Shown here: positions 1 to 7,292 of the stretch, piece by piece | Layout of the letters: every line of letters begins with the position of its first letter | Position numbering within the stretch: position 1 is the stretch's first letter | DNA from: a virus | Taxonomy: Duplodnaviria; Heunggongvirae; Uroviricota; Caudoviricetes | Strand: one strand, 5' to 3' | Virus record (IMG/VR): IMGVR_UViG_2563366907_000012 | Length of the DNA stretch: 14,397 bases | Program-made: the position numbers and the translations under genes | Notes under the pieces: generated by a model | Seen by the model: the letters and a program-made list of their open reading frames with translations, nothing else | The model's database searches: none | Told to the model about the DNA's origin: nothing

Positions 1-582
1 AATGGCGACACCACGCCCACGGCAATCCTTACAGGCGGTGGAAACCTCACCCTTTCCGCCACACTCCGGACAGGCAACTTTTACCACCTCCCTGACTTTT
101 TTCCATTCTTCCCAGTAAGACGGATACACACCTTTCGTACACTTTGCCCATACCGGCGGCTTACCATCCGGATACTGGACCTTGTTTGTAAAAACTACGC
201 TTTCAATAAATTTTTCCCCATAGCAACAAGGGCACTGCTTTTTACTCGCTGCGCTGCGGGCATAATCCTCAAAAGCGTACGAAGCCATAATGCGCATCAC
301 TACCGGTTTTATTTCTGCCGGAAGTTTTCTCAACGCCGCCACACGATCGCACCGACTGAGTGCATAATCTGCCAGTAATTCTGTTGCCCGCACCCTGTCA
401 TTCATACTGATGCCCATTTTCCCCAGGAACGCAGAAAAACCCATCTCAGCCCGATTCTGTGTCATGCCCTGCGCGGCCATCACATCAGTGATACTCAGCG
501 CATCTTTTGACGTTGAGGCCGATGCATCGGTCAGGCCAGGGGATTTTGGGGAGTAGTATTTCGGTAAATCTTCCAGTTTCAT
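1..582 (-). CDS. Phage late-gene antitermination protein Q (5' part; C-terminus runs off the window start)
   Basis: ATG at 582..580, open frame to position 1 (194 codons, no stop; hand-translated). Contains CPCC and CPECGG...CKDCRG zinc-finger-like motifs and sits directly downstream of rusA, as in lambdoid nin-Q modules. Not in the ORF track because it has no in-window stop. Confidence 0.6.
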   Translation of the reverse strand, partial: MKLEDLPKYYSPKSPGLTDASASTSKDALSITDVMAAQGMTQNRAEMGFSAFLGKMGISMNDRVRATELLADYALSRCDRVAALRKLPAEIKPVVMRIMASYAFEDYARSAASKKQCPCCYGEKFIESVVFTNKVQYPDGKPPVWAKCTKGVYPSYWEEWKKVREVVKVACPECGGKGEVSTACKDCRGRGVAI

Positions 583-597
583 TTTTTGACCTGCCCT

Positions 598-954
598 TCA
601 AGCATTATGGGGTAAATCTTCACCCCCCAGACGTCCACCAGATACTGGCTGACCACGAACGATATTGATTTCATCAAACTGCTCATCGTCCATTAGCAAC
701 CCCGCATGCGTCAGCGCATCCAGCGGTGCTTTCAGGATATTGTCCAGGTCGCGACGACGCTTATCCGGTGGCTCTGCAATCACCTTTATCGCCAGCCTTC
801 CGGACAGGCTTAATTTCAGCCGCTGCTGGCGAACAATAAGCGCCACAGCCCGGCGATAACGCTTTCCCTCCTCCGAGATAAAATATGTGCTGCCACGGCG
901 TCGCCAGTAAGTGTTCACCGTCGGCGGGTAAGGTAAAACCAAATCTATGAGCAT
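598..954 (-). CDS. rusA: RusA-family Holliday junction resolvase
   Basis: 118 aa; N-terminus LVLPYPPTVNTYWRRR and DKRRRDLDNILKAPLDALTHAG match the recalled RusA catalytic core (DxRRRDLDN). Stop is 15 nt upstream of the Q start. Confidence 0.8.
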   Translation of the reverse strand: MLIDLVLPYPPTVNTYWRRRGSTYFISEEGKRYRRAVALIVRQQRLKLSLSGRLAIKVIAEPPDKRRRDLDNILKAPLDALTHAGLLMDDEQFDEINIVRGQPVSGGRLGGEDLPHNA

Positions 955-966
955 CAGTCACCTCTT

Positions 967-2013
967 TTACCCAAGCACGCCAGTTGCAAAGGCGTGATCA
1001 AGAAAACGAAAAATTAAATCAACCTGAGAACCATGCTTTTCTTCGAACGCCAGCGGATCCGCATGAAGCTCGTTGTGATGCTCCCGACACAGCGGTAGCG
1101 TGAAAATATCGTGAGATTTTGTCCCCATTCCGCCCTGACCATGACCAATCAGGTGATGGGGATCGTCGGCTGGCTTACCACAACACGCACACGGCTGTGT
1201 CTTCACCCAGCGTGTGTATTTCTCGTTAACCCAGCGGCGACGTTTAGGTCGTTTCATGAAAGATTCCGGAGACTCAGGATCAACGGCAATGCTGACCACC
1301 GTCTTTTCCTGTGGCGGGTTTTGCTGGTGGGCGTGAGGCAGCGGCGCAATATTTTTTGTGCGCTGTTTCAGTATGCTGGTGGCGGTCTGCTCTCCCGGTA
1401 CGATGTCGCTTTCACGGTACATTGAGCGGATTTTTTCCGCACGCAACCCCAGCGAACGACGTAATACCGCTTCCGGTAGCGCGTCCGCCACCTGATTGCG
1501 GACCGCCCACCAGGATAATTCAGCCAGCGATAATTCCCGTTCCTGCGAGCCATTCATTGCATGGCGTATGACGTCAATCATCCATGCAAACAGGTTTTGG
1601 TGAGCAAGTTGCCCGAGTGATTCGGAGGTCTGGTCGCGCAGCTGGTTGTCGCAGTGCCAGCACAACACCATTGCGCCGGTACCATAACGGTGAATGACGG
1701 TTTCACTGTGGTGATAATCGCCGTGTGGCCACTGGCAGGATTTAACATGGCGCAGTAACCAGTCAGACAATGCGCCAGCGCCACCAGCAGCACGAATCAC
1801 TCGTTCGTCGCTGAAAAATGGCAGTAATGATTTATCCTCCGCCAGCGGCTGGCGAACGGCAGGAACGACCCCGGACGGCAGATTACGCATGCTTTTCGGT
1901 TCCGGCTCCACCAGTACCCGGGTATTGTGGAATACCGGCATGGATTCACGGCCCGGCTTAACGATCACCAGCCCGAGTTCCGGTACCAGAACAGGTCGAA
2001 GTAATACCCGCAC
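967..2013 (-). CDS. DUF968-type prophage protein with C-terminal HNH-like (His-Me finger) motif, YdfU-like
   Basis: 348-codon ORF. C-terminus CACCGKPADDPHHLIGHGQGG...CREHHNELH has the Cys/His spacing of an HNH nuclease motif. Same position as ydfU between hok and Q in Qin-like prophages. Annotated start is GTG; true start uncertain (internal ATG at MPVFHN). Confidence 0.65.
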   Translation of the reverse strand: MRVLLRPVLVPELGLVIVKPGRESMPVFHNTRVLVEPEPKSMRNLPSGVVPAVRQPLAEDKSLLPFFSDERVIRAAGGAGALSDWLLRHVKSCQWPHGDYHHSETVIHRYGTGAMVLCWHCDNQLRDQTSESLGQLAHQNLFAWMIDVIRHAMNGSQERELSLAELSWWAVRNQVADALPEAVLRRSLGLRAEKIRSMYRESDIVPGEQTATSILKQRTKNIAPLPHAHQQNPPQEKTVVSIAVDPESPESFMKRPKRRRWVNEKYTRWVKTQPCACCGKPADDPHHLIGHGQGGMGTKSHDIFTLPLCREHHNELHADPLAFEEKHGSQVDLIFRFLDHAFATGVLG

Positions 2014-2014
2014 G

Positions 2015-2287
2015 TTACCTCCAGATGCGTTGCTGGAATGTGCGGGACGGACGCGGTGGGCGTTCGGAGTAAGGAAGCCTGACGGAGATTATCCAGTGAC
2101 GATAATCGAGGCTGAGGGCTTTCTTAATCTCGTATCCGCGTCTGCGGTAGTTATGAATTAGCCATTCGGCCTGTTCTTCAGTACATGGTGGGTGTTGGTA
2201 CCAGTCGGTTTTAAATGCGTGTGAACGCCGCCCATGCCGGATGGCAAGGTCGGTATCAGAATTGTGAAATTTGGTTTTGTGCGCCAT
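2015..2287 (-). CDS. Hypothetical small protein (position of rem in Qin-type prophages)
   Basis: 90-aa ORF with ATG start. Ends 1 nt before the GTG start of the DUF968 ORF in a different frame. Weak Shine-Dalgarno; could instead be the 5' part of a frameshifted DUF968 gene. Confidence 0.35.
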   Translation of the reverse strand: MAHKTKFHNSDTDLAIRHGRRSHAFKTDWYQHPPCTEEQAEWLIHNYRRRGYEIKKALSLDYRHWIISVRLPYSERPPRPSRTFQQRIWR

Positions 2288-2359
2288 CTGTTTTCTCTGC
2301 TGGCGCAGCAGGTGTCAGGTGTTCAGGCTGACGTGCGAATTGTAAACCAGAATGCCAGA

Positions 2360-2400
2360 AAAAAACAAAACCCGCCGAACCGGGTTAAGTGCGGGTGCGT
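2360..2400 (-). terminator. Putative 3' hairpin plus U-tract ending the hok transcript
   Basis: On the minus strand, a GC stem (CCCGC ... GCGGG) is followed by TTTTGTTTTTT, about 55 nt past the hok stop. Stem is imperfect and loop long. Confidence 0.35.
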
Positions 2401-2454
2401 TGAGGATGCCTGACACATCAGAGGTGGCGAGGGATTTCTCCCCCGCCAGGTCTC

Positions 2455-2610
2455 TTACTCCTCAGGTTCGTAAGCTGTGAAGACAGCGACCTCCGTCTGG
2501 CCGGTTCGGAGTCGTACCTCGCAGAGGTCTTTCCTCGTTACCAGTGCCGTCACTATGACGGTTAAACAGATGACGATCAGGGCGATTAACATCGCCTTTT
2601 GCTGCTTCAT
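2455..2610 (-). CDS. hokD: Hok-family type I toxin (HokD/RelF-like membrane peptide)
   Basis: Hand-translated as MKQQKAMLIALIVICLTVIVTALVTRKDLCEVRLRTGQTEVAVFTAYEPEE (51 aa), near-identical to recalled HokD. Below the ORF-track length cutoff. Confidence 0.9.
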   Translation of the reverse strand: MKQQKAMLIALIVICLTVIVTALVTRKDLCEVRLRTGQTEVAVFTAYEPEE

Positions 2611-2666
2611 AGCCTGCTTCTCCTTGACCTTTCGGTCCGTAAGAGGCTAATCTCTATGTGTCGCAT
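2607..2666 (-). CDS. Short leader ORF (mok-like) translationally coupled to hok
   Basis: ATG at 2666..2664 encodes MRHIEISLLRTERSRRSRL; its TGA overlaps the hok ATG (ATGA). The start lies in an inverted repeat TCTATG-CGACA-CATAGA. Much shorter than plasmid R1 mok, so tentative. Confidence 0.35.
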   Translation of the reverse strand: MRHIEISLLRTERSRRSRL

Positions 2667-2720
2667 AGATATGGCCTCAGATTAATGTTAAGCGTCTTGC
2701 AGGACGCGTAATGTTAACTG
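2624..2720 (+). ncRNA. Putative Sok-like antisense RNA with promoter, antisense to the hok mRNA leader
   Basis: TTGACC at 2624..2629 and TAATCT about 18 bp downstream on the plus strand, inside the hok 5' region and pointing away. Downstream hairpin GCGTC-TTGCAG-GACGC (2692..2707) is flanked by direct repeats TAATGTTAA (2683..2691, 2709..2717). Boundaries approximate. Confidence 0.3.
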
Positions 2721-2868
2721 GGGCTTTTCTCTATCTGCCTTTTGGTGTTCATGCCTGAGACAGATAGCCTCAAGCACCCGCAGTCATTCTACTTAACTAA
2801 GATTTCCCCGCAAACCGTTTTTGTCCGGCACAGTAAATATCCAACTAAACCAATGGCGTTCGCTGTAT

Positions 2869-3048
2869 TTACCGCCAGTATTCAATGCACATGACCGCCA
2901 TGAACACCCCTAAAAAAAGGGCATTTATATGTCCAAACATTAATATCAAAACATCAACTTTTTCCATATACCTTGCTGTGAAGATGATGGGCATACATGA
3001 TGCGAACAACCAGAACGCAACAAACAAAAACTGCAATGCGTTTTTCAT
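2869..3048 (-). CDS. Small hydrophobic (two predicted TM segments) protein
   Basis: The 72-aa ORF is trimmed to the internal ATG at 3048, which has GGGGG 4 nt upstream. Product MKNALQFLFVAFWLFASCMPIIF... is strongly hydrophobic. Confidence 0.45.
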   Translation of the reverse strand: MKNALQFLFVAFWLFASCMPIIFTARYMEKVDVLILMFGHINALFLGVFMAVMCIEYWR

Positions 3049-3218
3049 TATTCCCCCTACAATCAATGTGCAATAACATTTAAACACACCTCAATTTAGC
3101 CGGACATATAAATATCTAAACCAGAAAAAATCACTTACATAGCGTTACAAACTCTTTAGTCTAAATATTCATCGTAAAACATTCCCCATACTTATCAGCC
3201 CGTTCTGCGCCAGGTAGC

Positions 3219-3533
3219 TCATTGCCTTATCTGGGAATCTGTAATCAGGTTTCCGGATGCTGGTGGATTTTCGCGTTTTAGTTGTTCATAAAAGTGCACA
3301 GCTTTAACCAGTTCTTCTGATGTCACCGGAACTGGCGGGGCAGCGAATAAGGCCTGAATTTCATAGTTCGGCCTGTCGTTGCAATCCTCTTTTGTCGGTA
3401 CATATTTCCAGTCACCAACCCACAGATTCTCCTGAAAGTCCGTAACGCCTTTTTTCACGTAGCGATATCGCCATGCAACTGGTTTTGCCTGCCCTGCCGT
3501 TTCATGCCCTTCCTGATAATTAATCTCGCTCAT
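3219..3533 (-). CDS. Hypothetical phage protein (104 aa) with shared MSEINYQ N-terminal module
   Basis: ATG overlaps the stop of the upstream acidic ORF (ATGA). First 7 codons and flanking nucleotides are near-identical to the start of the ORF at 4932. Confidence 0.55.
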   Translation of the reverse strand: MSEINYQEGHETAGQAKPVAWRYRYVKKGVTDFQENLWVGDWKYVPTKEDCNDRPNYEIQALFAAPPVPVTSEELVKAVHFYEQLKRENPPASGNLITDSQIRQ

Positions 3534-3706
3534 TCATCGCCCCACTCATCACAATATGCTTCGACCGGAGTTTTTCCTGCTTCATAATCATCACGCCATG
3601 CTTCAGCATCAGCAGCACTGCCACCACGTAACTCTGCATAGTCCATTAACAGTTCATGCCATGCTTCAAAACTGACGTTGTATTTAGTTGAACCAAAATC
3701 AGCCAT
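3530..3706 (-). CDS. Small highly acidic protein (58 aa)
   Basis: Hand-translated as MADFGSTKYNVSFEAWHELLMDYAELRGGSAADAEAWRDDYEAGKTPVEAYCDEWGDE. Start overlaps the stop of the preceding ORF (ATGGCTGA) and its stop overlaps the next start. Below the ORF-track cutoff. Confidence 0.5.
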   Translation of the reverse strand: MADFGSTKYNVSFEAWHELLMDYAELRGGSAADAEAWRDDYEAGKTPVEAYCDEWGDE

Positions 3707-3881
3707 TTTGCTCTTCCTCTTCGTCTTTTATTTCGTGATATGAGTAATTGCAGTAGTTAAAGAAAATATCTTTTGCTTCGTCATGTATTTCATCAGGCGT
3801 CGCATCATCATCCACTTCGAATTCATCCTCGAAATCTCCACCGGCTATTCCCGTTTCAATAATTATTTTAAACTTTCGCAT
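3699..3881 (-). CDS. Small highly acidic protein (60 aa)
   Basis: MRKFKIIIETGIAGGDFEDEFEVDDDATPDEIHDEAKDIFFNYCNYSYHEIKDEEEEQNG, about one third Asp/Glu. AGGAGG lies upstream, separated from the ATG by a hairpin. Confidence 0.55.
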   Translation of the reverse strand: MRKFKIIIETGIAGGDFEDEFEVDDDATPDEIHDEAKDIFFNYCNYSYHEIKDEEEEQNG

Positions 3882-3888
3882 TTAACTA

Positions 3889-3910
3889 CCGCCCTTTCGG
3901 GCGGCCTCCT
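3889..3910 (-). promoter_or_regulatory. Shine-Dalgarno plus GNRA-tetraloop hairpin in the translation initiation region of the 60-aa acidic ORF
   Basis: mRNA reads AGGAGG-CCGCCC-GAAA-GGGCGG-UAGUUAA-AUG: a perfect 6-bp GC stem between SD and start codon. Could also serve as a stabiliser or partial terminator for the upstream gene. Confidence 0.5.
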
Positions 3911-3974
3911 GATGTTCTGAGGGTGCAGAAATCCCTCCGGTTAAGGATTAAATTTTTAACAGAGCTAAATTTAA

Positions 3975-4331
3975 TTATTCAGTTCTGGATTTTGTCGCCC
4001 TGCGTATCCGCGCTTTCGCGTTACGCTCAATCTGAATTAGCTTTTCTATATTTTTTCGCCTTTCCCGCTCCTCCTGACGCAAGAGCCTTACATCATCTGC
4101 CAGTCTGGTTTCTCTTTTCGCCACAGAGAGCATCCAGTCAAATGGTTCCACAACTGCACCGCAGATTTTACAGCGGACCTGACGCTCTTTTTCGTCAACC
4201 CGGACAGAGGCGTGATGACAATATGGTCTTTCCGATGGCTCATAAAGAAAATTAACCTGATTACGAGGGTCATCCTCTTTTACCGGAAATAAAACGATAT
4301 TGCTTAACTCATCCTCTGGTTTTATTTCCAT
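3975..4331 (-). CDS. Hypothetical protein with Cys/His zinc-ribbon-like motif and basic coiled-coil tail (118 aa)
   Basis: Trimmed to the ATG at 4331, which has AAGGAGAGGAG upstream. Contains CHH...CKICG and an Arg/Glu-rich C-terminus. Confidence 0.6.
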   Translation of the reverse strand: MEIKPEDELSNIVLFPVKEDDPRNQVNFLYEPSERPYCHHASVRVDEKERQVRCKICGAVVEPFDWMLSVAKRETRLADDVRLLRQEERERRKNIEKLIQIERNAKARIRRATKSRTE

Positions 4332-4932
4332 GCTCCTCTCCTTTGATGCGAATGCCAGCGACGCGTAATGCGTGTTCCAGGTCAATCAGGTAAAGCCAAC
4401 TGCCATTTTCTTTAGGTATCATGACATGTCGCTCATCTGCATTTATCGGGTGTCCATATCGAAGGTCGTAGCGAGTCGGTAATTGAACTTCCCGCGCTTC
4501 CAGTTCAGCAATACGCTTGCACCCATCAGAGATAACTCCCTCGTAATACTCGCGCTGCTCGTTGAGTTTTGATTTTGCTGCTTCAAGCTCAACGAGCAGC
4601 TTCCCAACCGTAAGCGCAATATCCTCGTTCTCCTGGTCGCGGCGTTTGATGTATTGCTGGTTTCTTTCCTGTTCATCCAGCAGTGCCAGCACGGTAGCCG
4701 GGTTAGCCTCTGCTATGAACTCAGCGTTTGCATAAGCCTGAGCATCTGTTTCAATCAGGCAGTTAACATGACGTTCCGCAATCACGCCACCGGGTTCTCC
4801 TTTCCATTTTTGACAAACAAAAACTCCTGTTAAATTGCCGTGTTGGTTAACAGATGTATGCCCTACGATGTAGCTTCCTTTAGTTGCTTTCTCTGCCTTT
4901 TCACGCAGTACCTGATAGTTAATCTCGCTCAT
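4309..4932 (-). CDS. Ead/Ea22-like coiled-coil prophage protein (tentative family call)
   Basis: Trimmed to MSEINYQ at 4932, overlapping the stop of the upstream small ORF. About 207 aa with a central coiled-coil-like segment. Family assignment is from memory. Confidence 0.55.
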   Translation of the reverse strand: MSEINYQVLREKAEKATKGSYIVGHTSVNQHGNLTGVFVCQKWKGEPGGVIAERHVNCLIETDAQAYANAEFIAEANPATVLALLDEQERNQQYIKRRDQENEDIALTVGKLLVELEAAKSKLNEQREYYEGVISDGCKRIAELEAREVQLPTRYDLRYGHPINADERHVMIPKENGSWLYLIDLEHALRVAGIRIKGEEHGNKTRG

Positions 4933-5107
4933 TTTTCTCTTCATTCCGGTATACAAGAATTACAACGTCACCTCTGCTAATTACGCGAGCTGGATCCCCT
5001 GGTTCCATGCTGTCAATCCCGAAGGCTTCGAAAAATGCATCCATTGCCTTCTGGCGTTGCTCCTGCTTACGGCGTTTATTCCATTTTTGAACAACAGTGA
5101 CAGCCAT
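4919..5107 (-). CDS. Hypothetical small protein (62 aa)
   Basis: Soluble-looking product (KAMDAFFEAFGIDSMEPGD...). Stop overlaps the MSEINYQ start. Competes with an overlapping frame at 4981..5199 that starts GTG behind a GGAGGTG SD and encodes a hydrophobic N-terminus. Confidence 0.4.
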   Translation of the reverse strand: MAVTVVQKWNKRRKQEQRQKAMDAFFEAFGIDSMEPGDPARVISRGDVVILVYRNEEKNERD

Positions 5108-5188
5108 CGTCCGCTGCAGAACATGATGTAGAAATAACCAAGAAGTGCCAGGCCGGTGTTCAGGGCCATATCAATCGTTATCGCCGGG

Positions 5189-5491
5189 TCAATATTCACT
5201 GCCCACCTCCTGAAAAATCACCGCATGGCCCAGTTTCTCCGCCAGTGCCAGCTCAGCCCTTGCACCTGCCGACTGCTGCCAGCCTTTCAGCATGTAAACC
5301 GCATCCACGCAACGGAGCATTGCCATGCAAATATCCATGTAGTGTGGTTGAGTCAGCCCGTCCGGAAGTACTGCCGGGTTTAAAACGGTATGCCCTTCCC
5401 GTTTCAGCGCATCTTTCGCCCTGTGAAACGCCTCGCGGTTGAAATTTTCATATCCCGTCATCGGACCGGCGATATAAATCCTCACCCTCAC
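5189..5491 (-). CDS. DUF4406-like protein (nucleoside 2-deoxyribosyltransferase-like fold)
   Basis: Product starts RVRIYIAGPMTGYENFNREAFHRAKDALKREGHTV, as recalled for DUF4406. GTG start with AGGAGGG upstream; overlaps the preceding stop as GTGA. Confidence 0.6.
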   Translation of the reverse strand: MRVRIYIAGPMTGYENFNREAFHRAKDALKREGHTVLNPAVLPDGLTQPHYMDICMAMLRCVDAVYMLKGWQQSAGARAELALAEKLGHAVIFQEVGSEY

Positions 5492-5742
5492 TCCTGAACC
5501 CTCCTGTCGAAATAAACGTAGTTATTCACTGCGCCCAACTTCATCCCAAACTTTTCGGCAATTTCCCGTCGGGGTACGCCACGCTGATGCAGTTGCCGCG
5601 CCAGCTCAATATCACGCTGTGAATATTTTGCCGACGGGTGAAAATCACCCCGTAAAATCATGCTGATACCCAGTTCCCGCGCTTTCGTCCTGACGGCTGA
5701 CTCACTACGACCAATCAGATAACCGATGCTTTCGACTCTCAT
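5488..5742 (-). CDS. Small helix-turn-helix protein (84 aa)
   Basis: Internal ATG at 5742 chosen over the 134-aa version, which would overlap the upstream gene by about 90 nt. Contains HTH-like segments (SESAVRTKARELGIS; RREIAEKFGMKLGAVNNYVY). Confidence 0.45.
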   Translation of the reverse strand: MRVESIGYLIGRSESAVRTKARELGISMILRGDFHPSAKYSQRDIELARQLHQRGVPRREIAEKFGMKLGAVNNYVYFDRRVQE

Positions 5743-5801
5743 CGTTCCCGCACACTGCCGGAGTATCAGGATTTCAGCCCAGCGCCACTTCTTCCAGCCA
5801 C

Positions 5802-6518
5802 TCACCGCTGCTGCTCTCTGGTGGCGGTAATATCCCGGAGAATATCCCTGTGTTTGTTCAGTTCCCGCAGCGCAGCACAGACTCGCTCCCACTTCTGGAC
5901 ATCACTTTTCGCCCGGCGCAGCTCGCGGTTAGCCACATGCAGCGATGGTAGAATCAGGTCATCTGCTTTCATTTCGGTGATCGATGGCTGTAACCTCACA
6001 ATGTCTTCCACGATTTCTGTTTTCATTTCTTCCTGTGCCATCATTTCCTGTACTGGTAACGCAACACCTGCTGGCTGAGGAAAGGCTTTACCATCGGTTT
6101 CCGCTACGGATGCAGCTTCCGGCTCTGCCGGTAAATCAGCGCCCGGTATGCAGTAACGAAATTTACCGCCCTGATTCACGCGAATCAGACGCCCTTTGCT
6201 GATTGCCATGGCCAGCGATGAATTCGCCCGGCGCGAGGTAATCCCGAACATCAGTGCCAGCTCATCCGCCGTTTGTGGGCCATGTTGTTCAATCGCCTCA
6301 GTCAGCATTTGCGCTGTCACTTTCGGTACCGGTGACACCGGTTCACTTTCACCAGCCTGAATCAGCCACCACATCGAACCCTTGTTATCCGCTTCACCGC
6401 GGCGCTTCAGTTTCCACAGTTCGTTGACCGCATCTTCACGGCTGATTCCAAGGCGGGCCGCCACTACCTGTGAAGAGGCTCTTTTCAGTGCTTTCAGTGC
6501 GTCAAATACGGTTTCCAT
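5802..6518 (-). CDS. Hypothetical prophage protein with two winged-helix-like repeats and a C-terminal coiled coil (238 aa)
   Basis: ATG with GGAGG 7 nt upstream. Two similar segments ([25 protein letters not shown]; [28 protein letters not shown]). Lies just downstream of the DnaC-like gene. Confidence 0.65.
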   Translation of the reverse strand: METVFDALKALKRASSQVVAARLGISREDAVNELWKLKRRGEADNKGSMWWLIQAGESEPVSPVPKVTAQMLTEAIEQHGPQTADELALMFGITSRRANSSLAMAISKGRLIRVNQGGKFRYCIPGADLPAEPEAASVAETDGKAFPQPAGVALPVQEMMAQEEMKTEIVEDIVRLQPSITEMKADDLILPSLHVANRELRRAKSDVQKWERVCAALRELNKHRDILRDITATREQQR

Positions 6519-6539
6519 TAATATTTCCTCCGGACAAAA

Positions 6540-7286
6540 TTACTTCACAACCCTCATATTGCTGACATTTGGACGCCAGCTATCCCAGTTAAACGTCACC
6601 CATCGACCACCGTTCATGGTCATGCGGTCCATAATCCTCTCACCAAGAAGCGTACTCATTGCGGCATGATTCAGGTTTGTTAACATCCCGACACTGCACA
6701 GTGATGCTGTCCGGCGATCAATTATCTGGTGCAATACCACCTGCTCGTTTTTCGTCTCCCGCTGAACGCCTATTTCATCCAGGACCAGCAAATCAACCCC
6801 GCAAAGCTCCTGTAAAAATTTTTCCCCGGATTTGCCGTTGTCGTAGCTGTCATGCAACACGCTCATGACGTCAGACACGGTGACGATAATCACGCTGCGC
6901 CCCTTCACCATCAGCCGGTTGCCCATCGCCGCTGCAAGGTGATTTTTCCCGGTGCCGGTTTTACCGCTGAACACAAAATTCGTGCACCCGGTCATCAGTT
7001 CGTCAGCTATGGATTTGGCCTGGCTCAGCGCGTATTTTTGCCCGTCGTTCTGCACCTGATAATTTGCAAACGAGCATTTGCTGTGCAGAGGCTGGATGCC
7101 CGAACGATTCAGGATTTTTTCCACCCGCAACTGGCGATTCTGGCGGTTAATCTCCTCGCTGCGTTTTCGTCCTTCAGCAAGTTGCCATTCCCGCCACTCC
7201 TCCACCGTCCGGTACGGTGGAACCGACCCCTGTGGTGCAAGTCTGCGAATACGTTCAAGAACCCCAACTGCCGCAATGTTTTTCAT
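6540..7286 (-). CDS. DnaC/IstB-like AAA+ helicase loader (replication protein)
   Basis: Walker A FSGKTGTGKNHLAAA and Walker B DLLVLDEIG; 248 aa; directly follows the O-like initiator. Confidence 0.85.
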   Translation of the reverse strand: MKNIAAVGVLERIRRLAPQGSVPPYRTVEEWREWQLAEGRKRSEEINRQNRQLRVEKILNRSGIQPLHSKCSFANYQVQNDGQKYALSQAKSIADELMTGCTNFVFSGKTGTGKNHLAAAMGNRLMVKGRSVIIVTVSDVMSVLHDSYDNGKSGEKFLQELCGVDLLVLDEIGVQRETKNEQVVLHQIIDRRTASLCSVGMLTNLNHAAMSTLLGERIMDRMTMNGGRWVTFNWDSWRPNVSNMRVVK

Positions 7287-7292
7287 GACACG

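Noticed and set aside
665-961. ORFs 665..859 (+) and 761..961 (-) overlapping rusA
   Set aside because: Alternative frames of the RusA gene; the RusA frame carries the recognisable catalytic motifs.
1111-1793. Several plus- and minus-strand ORFs within the DUF968 gene region
   Set aside because: Overlap the long DUF968 frame; no independent start signals or recognisable motifs.
2885-3076. 63-aa plus-strand ORF
   Set aside because: Antisense to the small hydrophobic protein gene, AT-rich low-complexity product.
3975-4385. Longer 136-aa version of the zinc-ribbon ORF starting at 4385
   Set aside because: Would overlap the upstream gene by about 75 nt; the internal ATG at 4331 has a strong AAGGAGAGGAG SD.
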